DNA from: Octopus sinensis
Taxonomy: Eukaryota
Direction: 5' to 3'
DNA length: 64,000 nt
NCBI RefSeq assembly: GCF_006345805.1
Contig: NC_043001.1
Location: forward strand, 23,870,001-23,934,000
Shown piece after piece: positions 11,470 to 24,218 of the stretch (position 1 is the stretch's first letter; every line of letters begins with the position of its first letter). The notes under the pieces were generated by a model. It was not told the DNA's origin and did no database searches. It saw only the letters and a list, made by a program, of their open reading frames with translations. A program made the translations under genes and the position numbers.

Positions 11470-11840
11470 GGCATATATATATAATATATATATATATAAT
11501 ATGTACGTATGTACGTATGTATGTATATATTATATGTATGTATATATATATATGTATATGTATATATATATATGTATATATATGTGTGTGTATATATATA
11601 TATATATATTATATATATATATATATATTATATATATATATATATGCACACGTGTGTCTAGGCGCATGTGTTTCAATGTGTGCGTGAGAATGTCGTGCGT
11701 GCATGTGACTATCCTGCATGTGACTGTGATGCGTGCGTGCGTGCGTGTGTGTGCGTGTGTGTGTGTGTGCGTGTGTGTGTATGTGTGTGCGTGTGTATGT
11801 GTATGTGCATGTGTGCGTGTCTGTGTGTCTGTACGTGTGA
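11470..11840. repeat. Compound (TA)/(TG) microsatellite
   Basis: Direct reading. Confidence 0.95.
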
Positions 11841-12098
11841 GAGTAATCTTCTATGAAAGAATTATTGATTTCATATAATTCTTATATCTTCTGGCGTCAG
11901 ATTTTCATAAAGAGTATTATGACAGATTTGATGTCAAAATATTTTTCCTCACTTTTTTTTTTTGCAGTTCAGTTTATGTATTTTTTTTTGACCAACATAC
12001 TCTCCAGTTAAATCGATTTAAATTTATTGCAATATTTTAATGCTTTTGCATTTCATGGAGCATACGTACACCCACACAACTAAGTATATATGCACACG

Positions 12099-12331
12099 GA
12101 AGGCGGCGAGCTAGCAAAAACGTTAGCACGCCGGGCGAAATGCGTAGCCGTATTTCGTCTGTCGTTACGTTCCGAGTTCAAATTCCGCCGAGGTCGACTT
12201 TGCCTTTCATCCTTTCGGGGTCGATGAATTAAGTACCAGTTACGCACTGGGGCCGATGTGATCGACTTAATCTCTTTGCCTGTCTTTGTTTGTCCCCTCT
12301 GTGTTTAGCCCCTTGTGGGTAGTAAAGAAAT
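12099..12331 (+). mobile_element. SINE group A, full length
   Basis: Head, core and long tail; imperfect 15-bp TSD GTATATATGCACACG / ATATATATACACACG. Confidence 0.9.
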
Positions 12332-12358
12332 ATATATATACACACGTATTCTTGCATG

Positions 12359-12513
12359 AGGCGCAGGAGTGGTTGTGTGGTAAGTAGCTTGCTTACCAAC
12401 CACATGGTTCCGGTTTCAGTCCAACTTGGGTAAGTGTCTTCTGCTATAGCCTCGGGCCGACTAATGCCTTGTGAGTGGATTTGGTAGACAGAAACTGAAA
12501 GAAGCCTGTCGTA

Positions 12514-12576
<63 letters not shown>

Positions 12577-12773
12577 ATATGTTTGTGTGTCTGTGTTTGT
12601 CCCCCTAGCGATGCTGGTGTGCTTACGTCCCCGTCACTTAGCGGTTCGGCAAAAGAGACCGATAGAATATGTACTGGGCTTACAAAAGGAATAAGTCTGG
12701 GGGTCGATTTGCTCGACGAAAGGCGGTGCTCCAGCATGGCCCCAGTCAAATGACTAAAACAAGTAAAAGAGTA
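12359..12773 (+). mobile_element. SINE group B, full length
   Basis: Same architecture as 2179, with internal (TA)n. Confidence 0.9.
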
Positions 12774-13034
12774 ATATATATATATATATTACATAGATAC
12801 GCTCTCATAAACAAACACTCTCACACTAATTAGTGAAAGTTTGGTTCTATCTTATCTGAAGAATTACTCGTTTATGACAGTAGTTGTCTGCGAGACATTC
12901 TCATCGCTTGCAAATTTAATCTGAGCTGAATAACACAGATTCCTAATTTTCAGTTCAGTTCAAGATTGAATTTACGTGCGATTTCTGTTTTCAACCGAAA
13001 CATTAAATACACACAGGCGTCATATACAGGTATG

Positions 13035-13167
13035 CTATACATACATACATGCATACATACATACATACATACATACATACATACATACATACATACATAC
13101 ATACATACATACATACATACATACATACATACATACATACATACATACATACATACATACATACATA
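13035..13167. repeat. (TACA)n microsatellite
   Basis: Direct reading. Confidence 0.95.
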
Positions 13168-13349
13168 CGAACACATATGTTGCTGTAGGAACTTATATAT
13201 ATAATTATCTTTTTTTAATAATTTTGATATATATTTAAAATAATATAAATTAATTAATCTTATGTATTGGCTTAAGTTTTTCATTGTATGATTTGCCTAA
13301 TAGTGGTTTTATCTCTAATTTAATAATATATAATATATATATATATATA

Positions 13350-13605
13350 TGGAAGCGCAATGGCTTAGTGGTTAGGATCGCGGTTTCGATTCTCAGACCG
13401 GACGTTGTGAGTGTTTATTGAACGAAAACACCCAAAGCTCCACGAGGCTCCGGCAGGGGGGGGGGGCGATCCCTGCTGAATTCTTTCGCCACAACTTTCT
13501 CTCACTCTTTCTTCTGTTGGCCTGCTCGCTTAGCCAGCGGGGTGGCGTCATTTGAAGGCTAAAACAATGCGATAGCCTGGTCGGTCACGGTGATCACGGT
13601 GATTA
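13350..13605 (+). mobile_element. SINE group C with internal deletions
   Basis: GGAAGCGCAATGGCTTAGTGGTTAGG head; tail ending GGTCACGGTGATCACGGTGAT. Confidence 0.8.
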
Positions 13606-13611
13606 TATATA

Positions 13612-13660
<49 letters not shown>

Positions 13661-13744
13661 ATATGTATGTATACATGCATGCATGCATGTATGCATGCGT
13701 CGAGCATGGATATATATATATATATATATAATATAATATATATA

Positions 13745-13861
13745 GTTGCTGGAGTGACTGTATGGTAATTAACTTACTTACCAACCACATAGTACTGGGT
13801 TCAATCCTACTACAGCCTTGTGAGTGGGCTTGGTAGACGGACGCTGAAAGAAGCCCATCGC

Positions 13862-13923
<62 letters not shown>

Positions 13924-14123
13924 TGTGTGTCTGTGTTTGTCCCCCTACAATCGCTTGACAACCGATGTTGGTGTGTTTATGTCCCCGTAACTTCGGCAAA
14001 AGAGAACGATAGAATAAGTATTAGGCTTGCAAAGAATAAGTCCTGGGGTCGATTTGTTCGACTAAAGGCAGTGCTCCAGTATGGCTGCAGTGAAATGACT
14101 GAGACAACTAAAAGAATAAAAGA
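13745..14123 (+). mobile_element. SINE group B, degenerate
   Basis: Matches the group B pattern, with internal (TA)n. Confidence 0.8.
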
Positions 14124-14601
14124 ATATATATATTTGAGGTCCCTTGAAGCAGCATGGGACCTCAAATTAATTGAAATACCTTTGTATCAAGTTTTAATTA
14201 GCATGCTCGAACACATTCGTGCCGAATGCCTTCTTCAGCGTACCCACGTTAAGTAAGCTATACAGAATGCTATTTTGGACTATCACTGAACTAATATCGC
14301 TAATGACATATTTCAACCAGCTTGTCAGGTATACGTGATACAAAAGATTTGTTAATCACTGTTTTTCTGTACATTAGTAGCGGCTAAAATTGTGTCAACA
14401 TTCAGTTGCTAGTGGATACTTACTGATGATGACGCTCAAGGATTTAATGATTTTACCTCCGCTGCTAGTTGCTTTTCGTCTGCTACTGGTTTAGTTCTGT
14501 GCTTGTTTGAATTATACCTCTATACAAGATGCATTCTCGAAACAATATCGCACTTAACTGGCTTTCTACGCTTGTCACTGATAATGAATATACTTATAAT
14601 A

Positions 14602-14656
<55 letters not shown>

Positions 14657-14693
14657 TTACAAATGCATATGTATGTACACACACACACACACA

Positions 14694-14726
<33 letters not shown>

Positions 14727-14728
14727 AT

Positions 14729-14764
<36 letters not shown>

Positions 14765-14767
14765 CAT

Positions 14768-14990
14768 TCAAAATGTGACTGCGTGTGTACCGTTGGCGAT
14801 TTTTTTCCCTCCGTCTTCCTTTCTTTGGATCTTTCCTTTTCCTATGTTTCTGACGAAGAGCTCCGCTCGAAACGTTAAACCCCCCTTCTTTCATTCTTTC
14901 CTTCTTTCCTGAGAGTCCAATAATACTATACTTCTTCCACGTCCTCGCGTTGCTGTATTTTCTCTTTGTGTTTTCATGTTTGGATTAATT
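14768..14990 (+). mobile_element. Penelope-type terminal repeat fragment in (TA)n
   Basis: Pyrimidine-rich, ORF-less segment carrying a minimal hammerhead and flanked by TA tracts. Confidence 0.55.
14846..14880 (+). ncRNA. Minimal type I hammerhead ribozyme motif with intact core
   Basis: GTTT-CTGACGA-A-GAGC tcc GCTC-GAAACGTT-AAAC: 4-bp stem I, extra A after the core, 4-bp stem II, palindromic AACGTT stem III. Confidence 0.65.
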
Positions 14991-15039
14991 ATATATATAT
15001 ATATATATATTATATAATATATATATATATATATATATA

Positions 15040-15195
15040 CGACGGGCTTCTTTCAGTTTCCGTCTACCAAATCCACTCACACAGCTTTGGTCGACCCGAG
15101 GCTATAGAAGAAGACACTTGCCCAAGGTGCCACTGAACCTGGAACCATGTTGTTCGTAAGCAAGCTACTTACTACACAGCCACTCCGAGGCCTAT
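15040..15195 (-). mobile_element. SINE group B, 5' half
   Basis: Reverse complement of head and CORE-like block. Confidence 0.8.
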
Positions 15196-16539
15196 ATACA
15201 CACACACACAGACATATGTCTATCACACAAATAGAACGAGTGAGATGAAGAGGCAGGGGGATACAAACAAATTGTTAACCCATGATGTCAAACAAACTAA
15301 ATACGTGGCAGAAGAAGCGTAGCTATATGAGCCAAAACAACCAAACTAGAAGACGTCTTATCTTGAAAATAATCCATGAATGAAAGAAGCAGAAGAGAAT
15401 CTAACATTTCGAATTATATAATTTAACAAAGAAAAGGAAAATAAATAAGAGTAGCAAAAGATAAAGTAAACTATACCGAATTCACAATATATTTACATGG
15501 CCAGCCTTGTGTATGTACTAAATGACATTCGGAACTAATCTTATTTGCGGTGTGCGTTTTTCATCGAGATATTGTGTACATATTTTATTTGTTTTATATT
15601 TTTCAGTTTATTATTTTCGTTTCATAGGCTTTTAAGTTTAGTATCAGTTTTATTACACGTAGAAGTTCTGCGGTTGTATTATCAAGTAGCGTTAACGTTT
15701 GTTAACACTGTTGACACTTTCGGGTGGAGAGGTCTTGCACTTTTTGATGTTGAAACGATAAGGATAACTGATACATCTGCTGAAGATGGGATATTCACTG
15801 CTTATGTTAGGTGTACGTTCGCTCTTTTGTTAGTGTATCTCTTCGTTGTCACTGTCCTTGTTTGGTGGGTTTACTTCTTTTTCTAGTAAATGTATTTTTT
15901 TTTATGCTGGATGTTAAAGTTTCGCGAAAGAACTGGTTGTGGTGGGTTGTAGTTTATACGATAGTGTAACTTACTTGGAAACTTTGTATGTTATAATAGT
16001 CGAAGTATGACAATACTGTTACTGTTAAACCTTTCGCATGCTTATAAGTATATTATGGTTTTCTCTTAGTCTTTGTCCACCTCTGTTCTCGCTTGGAGAT
16101 TTGTATTTCTGTAACTACAAACAAGTTTTGAAATATAAACGCCATTATTTCAAACGGAGCACAAACATTACATACTTTCAACTGAATATAATTATCTGCT
16201 TTCTATCCTCAAATGAATACTACTGATACATACAAACATGCTGTGCTTATGCATATGTGTGTGTATGTATGTATATATATATGTGTGTGTATACACACGC
16301 ACACACACACACACGCGCATGCAAACACACACATAATAACTCACCATATAAAGTGAGGCTGCACTAATGAAGATCTCATAACTGAAAAAGCAAGCATGGT
16401 TATGAATAGAGCATTAAATTAATGTTGTCATAGTTGGCCATCGTTTATTTTTTAAAAATTTTCTAAACAAGCTAGCTTTAAAATCTCAAGAAAAAGTTAC
16501 TCTTTCAGTAGTGTGGTGAATATACTCACTCGAATGAAT

Positions 16540-16563
16540 TGCATACACATGTATATATATATA

Positions 16564-16649
<86 letters not shown>

Positions 16650-16655
16650 ATTATA

Positions 16656-16694
<39 letters not shown>

Positions 16695-16757
16695 TATATA
16701 TATGTATGTATATATATATGTATATATATATATATATTATATATATATATATATATG

Positions 16758-16808
<51 letters not shown>

Positions 16809-16830
16809 GTTTGCATGCATGTATATATGA
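16540..16830. repeat. Long (TA)n microsatellite
   Basis: Direct reading. Confidence 0.95.
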
Positions 16831-17253
16831 CATTCTTTCGTGTGGAAGGTACAACGCACGTTTTCTAAATAAATTATTTTTTTTCAACTAATGAAAACAT
16901 TTGTTCAAATTGTTAGAGTAGCTTATCGGTGAGTGGGCATTTGTTTGGCTTAAAGCCGAATTTAAAGTTCTTGTTCATTAGGACAATAAAAACCACGGAC
17001 TACAAAATGACTCAATGCTAATTTCGTAGTGGCAACAATTTTTATTATGATTATGCAACAAGTATATAAATGTTGCCTTTCTCTTGGGAACTTTTGAAGG
17101 TTTTATTAGAATTAGAAATATATAATTATATTGTATGTGAGAAGGAAAAGGAAGAGGACAGACAGAATTAAATTAAGTGCTGGAATATCATATCAGTAGA
17201 CAATAAATATTCAAATAAAAAAGCACGATCTAATAATAATAATAATAATAACA

Positions 17254-17536
17254 ATTCCTACCATAGTAGGTGCCTTAGGCATGATAAAAAAATATTCAGA
17301 CAATTACATAACAAAAACACCAGGACTTACAAACACATATAATATACAGAAAATTGCACTACTAGGCACTGCACACATCCTACGCAGAACACTTTCCATA
17401 CACTAACCATCAGAGCATCACAACAAACCACAGCACATACCCAAGGCACACAGAGCTGCGCTCGGTACTGAAGTGAATGCACGCTATAAAAATAAAAATA
17501 AAACTACTGAATAATAATAATAATAACAATAATAAT
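17254..17536 (+). mobile_element. 5'-truncated R4/Dong-type non-LTR retrotransposon in (TAA)n
   Basis: 17254-17406 translates IPTIVGALGMIKKYSDNYITKTPGLTNTYNIQKIALLGTAHILRRTLSIH*, typical of the RLE-domain C-terminus; 3' UTR then (AAT)n; (TAA)n upstream. Confidence 0.8.
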
Positions 17537-17759
17537 ACGTAACTGGAACGGCTCATGTACTAAGAAGAGCATTATCGCTGTGAAAACAGCATCCATCCAT
17601 GAATTTATTTATTTATTAATTTTTAAATACATATTTTACTTGTGAATATGCGCGTGTAATCTGGGAATGCATACAATGAGCTTCTCTGCCCTAGGTGTAT
17701 GGAAAACACTCGGCGAGAAACGGAAGAAAATTTGAAGAAAGAAGAAAAAAATTCTTATG

Positions 17760-18311
17760 CTCTGATGCAGTACCAGTCAGTGGCTCTCATGGCTTCTGAT
17801 CTTAACTAATTGGAAGTGTTATCATGTACATTGTTTTGTCTTGGTATAAAAGACGGGCTACAGCAAATATTCTGCTCAATACCACAGATTTGCGAGTCAG
17901 TTGTTTGACCTTAACCAGTTGAGCATGTCCCTTAGTGGCTGATGATATGTGCATCTCTGACCACGAGCAGAAGTACTGGGGGAGCATCATAGCCGTGTGT
18001 TGAAAGGAATTCTTGGAGGTATGGATACTTCACATTTGGAAACAAGGGTGCTTCGTTCAACATCCTTAAAAATCCTTATTCAGGGTCCTTTTGAGCGGGA
18101 TGGGCTACTCGACCAGAAGAAAATTCTAACTGGACCCCACCTGCAAGGCCATGCACTGTTTATTTTGATATGAGATCACTATGTCGCGCACATATGGTTG
18201 TGATGCATGTGCCTGGTGTACCCTTATCAGACGGGTAGTCATGATGGGTATAGAGGGCTTTGTGCATTTTACCCCAGTGTCACTTTGATGGCATGCACTG
18301 CTCTCTCACTC

Positions 18312-18346
<35 letters not shown>
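17760..18346 (+). mobile_element. Unclassified ~550-bp (AAT)n-tailed retroposon-like element (group E)
   Basis: Colinear with 57745-58297; no tRNA head and no ORF; (AAT)n tail. Confidence 0.8.
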
Positions 18347-18347
<1 letters not shown>

Positions 18348-18374
18348 GATGAAGATGATGTCTTTTATTATTTT

Positions 18375-19095
18375 AATTTCTATCACCAAATTAGTTTCAA
18401 ATTTTGGCACGGGGCCAATAATTTCAGGGAAGGTGTAAGTCGATTACATCGACCCCAGTGCTCGACTGGTACTTATTTTATCAAACCCAAAGGATGAAAG
18501 TCGAAGTCGACCTCGGGGGAATTTGAACTCAGAACCTGAAGACGGACGAAATATCGCGAAGCATTTTGCCTGGCATGCTAACGATTCTGCCAGCTCGCTG
18601 TCTTGCGCTTTCCTAATATACTGGTTTCAAATTTTGGTACAAGCCAGCAATTTTGGAAGAGGGACTATGTCGATTGCATCAGCTTGTACATACTTAATCG
18701 ACCCCAAAAGGGAGTCAATTAAAGTCAATTTAACCGACCCCTGTACTCAACTGGTATTTATTTTATCGACCACGAAAGGATCAAACGCTAAGTCGACCTC
18801 AGCGGAATTTGAGCGTGGAACGTTAAGTTGGGCAAAATGCCGCTAAGTACGTTTTCCGGCGTGCTAAAGATTCTGGCCCCTAGCCATCTTTCTATTTGCT
18901 AATATTTTGGTGTTAAATTTTGACATAAGGCCAGCAATTTCAGAGGAGAAGCTTAGTGGATTAAATCGACCCCAATGCTCAACTGGTACTTATTTTATTG
19001 ATCCTGAAATGACGAAAGTCAAAGTTGACTCCGGTGGTATTTGAGCTCAGACCGCAAAGACAGACGAAATCTCGCGAAGCATTTTCCTCGGCGTT
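18375..19095 (-). mobile_element. Cluster of three degenerate SINE A copies (third tail type)
   Basis: Repeated AAATTTTGG..CAAGGCCAGCAATTT tail plus AAAGTCGACCTCGG core in reverse. Confidence 0.75.
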
Positions 19096-19208
19096 GCTCT
19101 TTCCTAATAAATTAACAAAAAAAAAAAATATATATATATAGGGTGGCGAATACTGGTTATAAATATCACCACCAGTGGCCTAGCATGTATAAAAAGTCAA
19201 TAGACAAC

Positions 19209-19462
19209 ATATTCGTATTTAAAAATAGAAAATTACCCTTTAACAGGTCATTTTTACATGCTAGAAATAGCAGCCAACACGGCCAAAATCCACAATTTTA
19301 TAGCAAATTTCGAAGTAAATGAAAAATAAAAACCTTTACCTTGTTATATATAACAAGGTAAAGGATTTTATTCTTCACTTACTTCGAAATTTGCTAGAAA
19401 ATTGTTGTTTTTGTACGTGTTGACTGCTATTTCTAGCATGTAAAATACCTATTTTGAAATAC

Positions 19463-19468
<6 letters not shown>
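19209..19468. repeat. Spacer-less imperfect palindrome, ~120-140-bp arms
   Basis: Centre CCTTGTTATA|TATAACAAGG at 19348/19349; arms pair out to ATATTCGTATTT / AAATACGAATAT. Confidence 0.9.
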
Positions 19469-19510
<42 letters not shown>

Positions 19511-20732
19511 ATAATTTTTAGCGTAATGAGATAAAAAACTAAGGCTGTGTAGATATTAGAACATTTATAGATAAAAGGTCTTACAGCTGTTTCCAGGATA
19601 TTTGTTAATTATATCCCTTCATGGGAGACGGTGTGAGAGGATGGTTAAGTCATAGTTTAGATGTGATGCAAAATAGAGAGTGAGGTGGCGGGAAGAAAAT
19701 AGATGCAAGATATGTATGGATATTGAAGTTGTAGATCCATTTTTTAGGCAGAATGGTATATATGTAAGATTCCAATACTTTATGAGTATAAAATGAACAG
19801 AGTTTAAAATGGGTCCTTTCAAATATAGAGTTTATACACAATGTAAGATTCCAATACCTTATGAGTGAGATCCAGCAGTTTTTAGAGGGCACAAGTCATG
19901 TATCAAAACCTAGCAGTAGGCTCGACTAAAAGCAAGAACAATTTCTAGACCCTACACTATCAACCACTGTCCACACATAGACAGACATACAGACAGACAA
20001 CGTATTGACATACATTAAATCTTCTGCGTAAAAATATGTTTCCTCATATTACGAACAAATATAAGTTATCTTAATATCCATCATTTAATTGAGATCAATT
20101 ATCATAAACTAAAGCAATATTAAAGACAATATTTAAAGACTTATTAAGGATTCATCATATTATCTGACTGCATATGAGAATAGATTTACACCGATCAGAA
20201 TAGATTTCTGGTGACATTAATTGACATGAGATACCACTTCTCTACATCCAGGTATAGACACATTAGCATATATACCTTACACATTCAGACGTTTATATAA
20301 AAGCACGTCATCGTATATATATACTCTCTTTCGATTCCACTGTAACAGCTGTACATGTATATAATACACACATTCTCTACTCGTATGCATGTATACATAC
20401 ACATATACACACCTTCCACTCACATTCTTAATGTTGTCGCTCTCTTTTATTTTTTTGAGTATTTGGTCAAGAAGTTCGATTTGTAACTGCGTGGTTCTGG
20501 GGTCGATTTCACTGGATGACACCTTGAACAAACGTCCCTTGCCACAGTCTCCGGTCGAGCAAAGCCTTGGGGGCGAAGTAAATTTGCCGAAAAAAAGCTG
20601 TGCAGTTTTTCTTTTGAAGCGTCATTTCATTTCAGCGATATTTATATTTTGATATAAATTATCAATCTAAACATGAATTTATTTTCATATTGAATTTTCC
20701 GTTAACCGCAAAAGTTTTTCGTTAATACACGC

Positions 20733-20768
<36 letters not shown>

Positions 20769-20847
20769 ACACACACACTTTACATACAGAGGCGAGAGGT
20801 AGTATGCTGGGTGCCATGAACAAAATGCATTGTGGTATTTGATCCAA

Positions 20848-21069
20848 ATACCAGGCGGCGAGCTGGTAGAAACGTTAGCACGTCGGGCGAAATGTGTAGC
20901 GGTTTTTCGTTTGTCGTTACGTTCTGAGATCAAATTCCGCCGACGTTGACTTTGCCTTTCATCCTTTCGGGGTCGATAAATTAAGTACCAGTTACGCACT
21001 GGGGTCGATGTAATCGACTTAATCCGTTTGTCTGTCCTTATTTGTCCTCTTGTGGGTAGTAAAGAAATA
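20848..21069 (+). mobile_element. SINE group A
   Basis: Head, core, shortened tail; TSD GGTATTTGATCCAA / GGTAATTGATCCAA. Confidence 0.9.
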
Positions 21070-23304
21070 GGTAATTGATCCAATCCGAGTTAGGTCCCTT
21101 TGGGCCCATACCGACTTTGTCTATTCAGCTTTTAAAGTCAATGAAATACAAGGTTTATATAATTCATCCATGAAGGCTGCGCTCCAGCATGACCGTAGTC
21201 CAACGATTTGAACCAATAAAAGAACACTCACAGACACACACACATACACACACACAGTCAAGTACACGAACAGACACGCACATACACGTTCACACACACA
21301 CACGTACGTGGGCACACACATAAAATCTTCCTTTTCTTTCATTGCTGGTTGCAATGATGACGATGAATGATAATTCTTCTTTCCGTTTATATCGCCTCTT
21401 CACACCTTATATCGCATGATCTAGCTAAATTATCTCTCACTAAGGAAAACTTAGTTTGACGGCCATTGACCGAACACAGCTAGGATATTTCCATGGAAAA
21501 AAAACATACCTACGATTATTCAGCGAGTTAATTATTGCTAGAAACACGATTTCAAAGTACTGGACGTCACTTGCAATTTGCAGACAATAAATCAGTGATC
21601 ATATTATATATTTGCAGTATTAGGGAAAAAAACAACAAAAAAGCAACAAACGCAAAAAAAACCCCCAAACAAACAAACAAAAAGATAAAGACAAAACAAA
21701 CAAGTTTCTTCTATACTTTTGTTTATTTCACTTCAATGACTGGATTATTCAACGATATATTTCACCATTATGTATATTAGGTTTAGATTAAACAAATCTG
21801 TTAAGGGAAGATATTTGATGTTTGTTTTCATTTTGGATATCAGCAATGTATTGGGAAAATATTTGTGTATTAAGCAAGTCTACAAAGTCAGAATTCTACA
21901 AAACAATCTTGACTTTAAACAAACCAAAATAGTCAGGACTGTTTTTTTACTGGTTTGTCCTGTGAAGATCAAAGGGGCAGAAACTATGAGCTGCGATTTT
22001 CACAGGCCTTCTGAGGCAAAAAAAAAATATTGATGTGGTTAACTTTTCTTTTGAACAGCTGCACATTGACGACTTCAAGAAGAGACGAAGCGATAAATGT
22101 GGGGCCTATTTTCTGGGGAAAAAAAAGGAAAGTCAGTCTTTTTTGTGATGTAATCAATATTATGATGAAGATGTGCAATCATCAGAAGAGATCATCAATG
22201 ATAATGAGATTTAGTGTTTGTAGCTCTCACGAAGTTTCTAGTTCTAGTTGTGTTTTGTTCATGTTTAAGTCGAGTTCAATACTATTTTCTTGATGTGTGT
22301 AGTGATTGGTGTATTTGCCAAGTGGAAGCACATAACATTGGCATGACCTCACTGAAAAATGTTTCCGAGGTTTTCTTCATAGAGTTTGTAAATTTGTAAG
22401 ATTTTTTGACTGCATGTGGATAATGTTAGAGCGCAGAAAATTAAGGATTATTATCCGCGTAGGGATTGTTGAAAATAGTCGCAAGCAGATTGCTGACGTG
22501 TAAGAAGAAGACTATCGGGGGGACGAAATGGATCCTGGGGCATACCAGAATTCAAAAAGCATGGGTAAGAGAGAACTCTACTAATACACATTGTGATGGT
22601 GCAATCTAACTGAAATCCAAGAGCAGAGACATGGATGGTCTCCATAGAGCGTTTAGCTAAGATATCCACAAGCAAGACTCTGTGGAATACTTTGCTGCTA
22701 TTGAGTGTAACAACGCGGTGTTCACTAAAGTTTTTGTGTGCAACAGTTCAGGTTTCTAGTATATCTCGAGAGCGTTTGGAGAAGAGAAAGTGGGTGACAG
22801 GGATAATCTCCTTGTGAGATTATCACAAGTGAGAGTTCGATAGTTGGGTGGGTTAGAAGGTTTGTACTTGAGAATGGGACACACTGAAGTGGGATTCCAA
22901 AGATGGGATATATTCTATGAAAGGGGAAGATAGATAGATAAGTTTCTTTATTGGCCACACAGGGCTGCACACAGATGGGACAAGTTACAAGGTAGAGCTT
23001 TTCTTTTGGGGGATGAAAAAAAAACAAAAAACAAAAAAACAAAAGAAACAAAAAAAGGTGGCGTAGGTTTTCGATCAAAAGGGATCGTAAAAGGGGAAAA
23101 AAGAACAAAAAATAAAATAAAAACAGAAAAAAAAAGAAAAAAGGAAAAGGAACAAAAGAAAAGAGAAATGAAAAAAGAAGATAAAAGAGGAAAAATGGGG
23201 AAGAGGAAAAAAAACGATAAATAGGGATCGTGTATCACAGTGTTATGATGTATGGTGTAAAGGGGAAAGCAAGTAAGGTTTATCCGTGGGAAGAAAAGCT
23301 TACG

Positions 23305-23326
23305 AATAGATAGATAGATAGATAGT

Positions 23327-23362
<36 letters not shown>
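23305..23362. repeat. (TAGA)n microsatellite
   Basis: Direct reading. Confidence 0.95.
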
Positions 23363-23729
23363 GAGTTCCTAAACTTTGTCGAGTATAGGAACTATACCTG
23401 AAGTGTATTGTTTGATGGTTATGAGGAGGATATACTGTCTGACATCAATATATATATACAGGATCAGAGACAAATTTCAAATCTTCCAGTGAAGCATATC
23501 ATATCTTCGTGTTAAGTATTAAATAATGCGTCCCAGAAGGTTAAGTGACGTTTGTACATTGCTGATTATTTAAATGAAAATTTGCGATTGTAAGACTAGA
23601 ATCGTTTTATATTTCTACGTCTCTATAGAATGGTAATTCTATCAGCTATTCGATGGAATTTACCTTGTTGTCAGATGTTTGAGATACGTTGGTGCAGTGT
23701 CACACTGGTGTGCCCGAGTCAACAATGGA

Positions 23730-23935
23730 AGATCTATATGGTAACTCATTCTGCTAGAAATAGCACATGTATTCTCATTTAAATTACAGCCTAACTACCT
23801 TTGATTATGATAAGGTACACTAGATTGTATAGTGCCACATACCACTAAAAATACGTGATGGTCATGGCTGCAATGTCCTTGATCATGGATCTGCTCGATT
23901 CGGGTTGACGCAGGGCTCAAATAATAGCAATAACA
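23730..23935 (+). mobile_element. Old interspersed repeat (group F), degenerate
   Basis: CTGCTAGAAATAGC...GGTCATGGCTG...GGGCT(C)AAA pattern; related pieces at ~30800, 33410, 35660, 38880, 47690 and 60400. Confidence 0.5.
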
Positions 23936-24044
23936 ACGACACTGGTGAACTGTGCAGTCATATCATGTATACGATTCGTTATCAATGAGAGGCATTTGTA
24001 TGATTTAAAGTGACAACATGCACCACAACAACATGGCTAATAGA

Positions 24045-24116
24045 ACAACAGCAGCAGCAGCAGAAGTAGTAGCAGGAGCAGCAGCAGCAACAACAACAAC
24101 AGCAACAGCAACAAAG

Positions 24117-24158
<42 letters not shown>

Positions 24159-24206
24159 GCTACTGCTACTGTTGCTACTGTTGTTGCTGCTGCTGCTGCT
24201 GCTGCT
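24045..24206. repeat. Compound (CAG)/(CAA)/(CTA)/(CTG) trinucleotide repeat
   Basis: Direct reading. Confidence 0.9.
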
Positions 24207-24218
24207 TATGGCATTAAT

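Noticed and set aside
14205-14245. Minus-strand CTGAAGAAGGC hammerhead-like start
   Set aside because: Stem II and GAAAC do not form properly.
15545-16050. Possible Penelope ORF remnant on the minus strand
   Set aside because: Many stops and only vague similarity.
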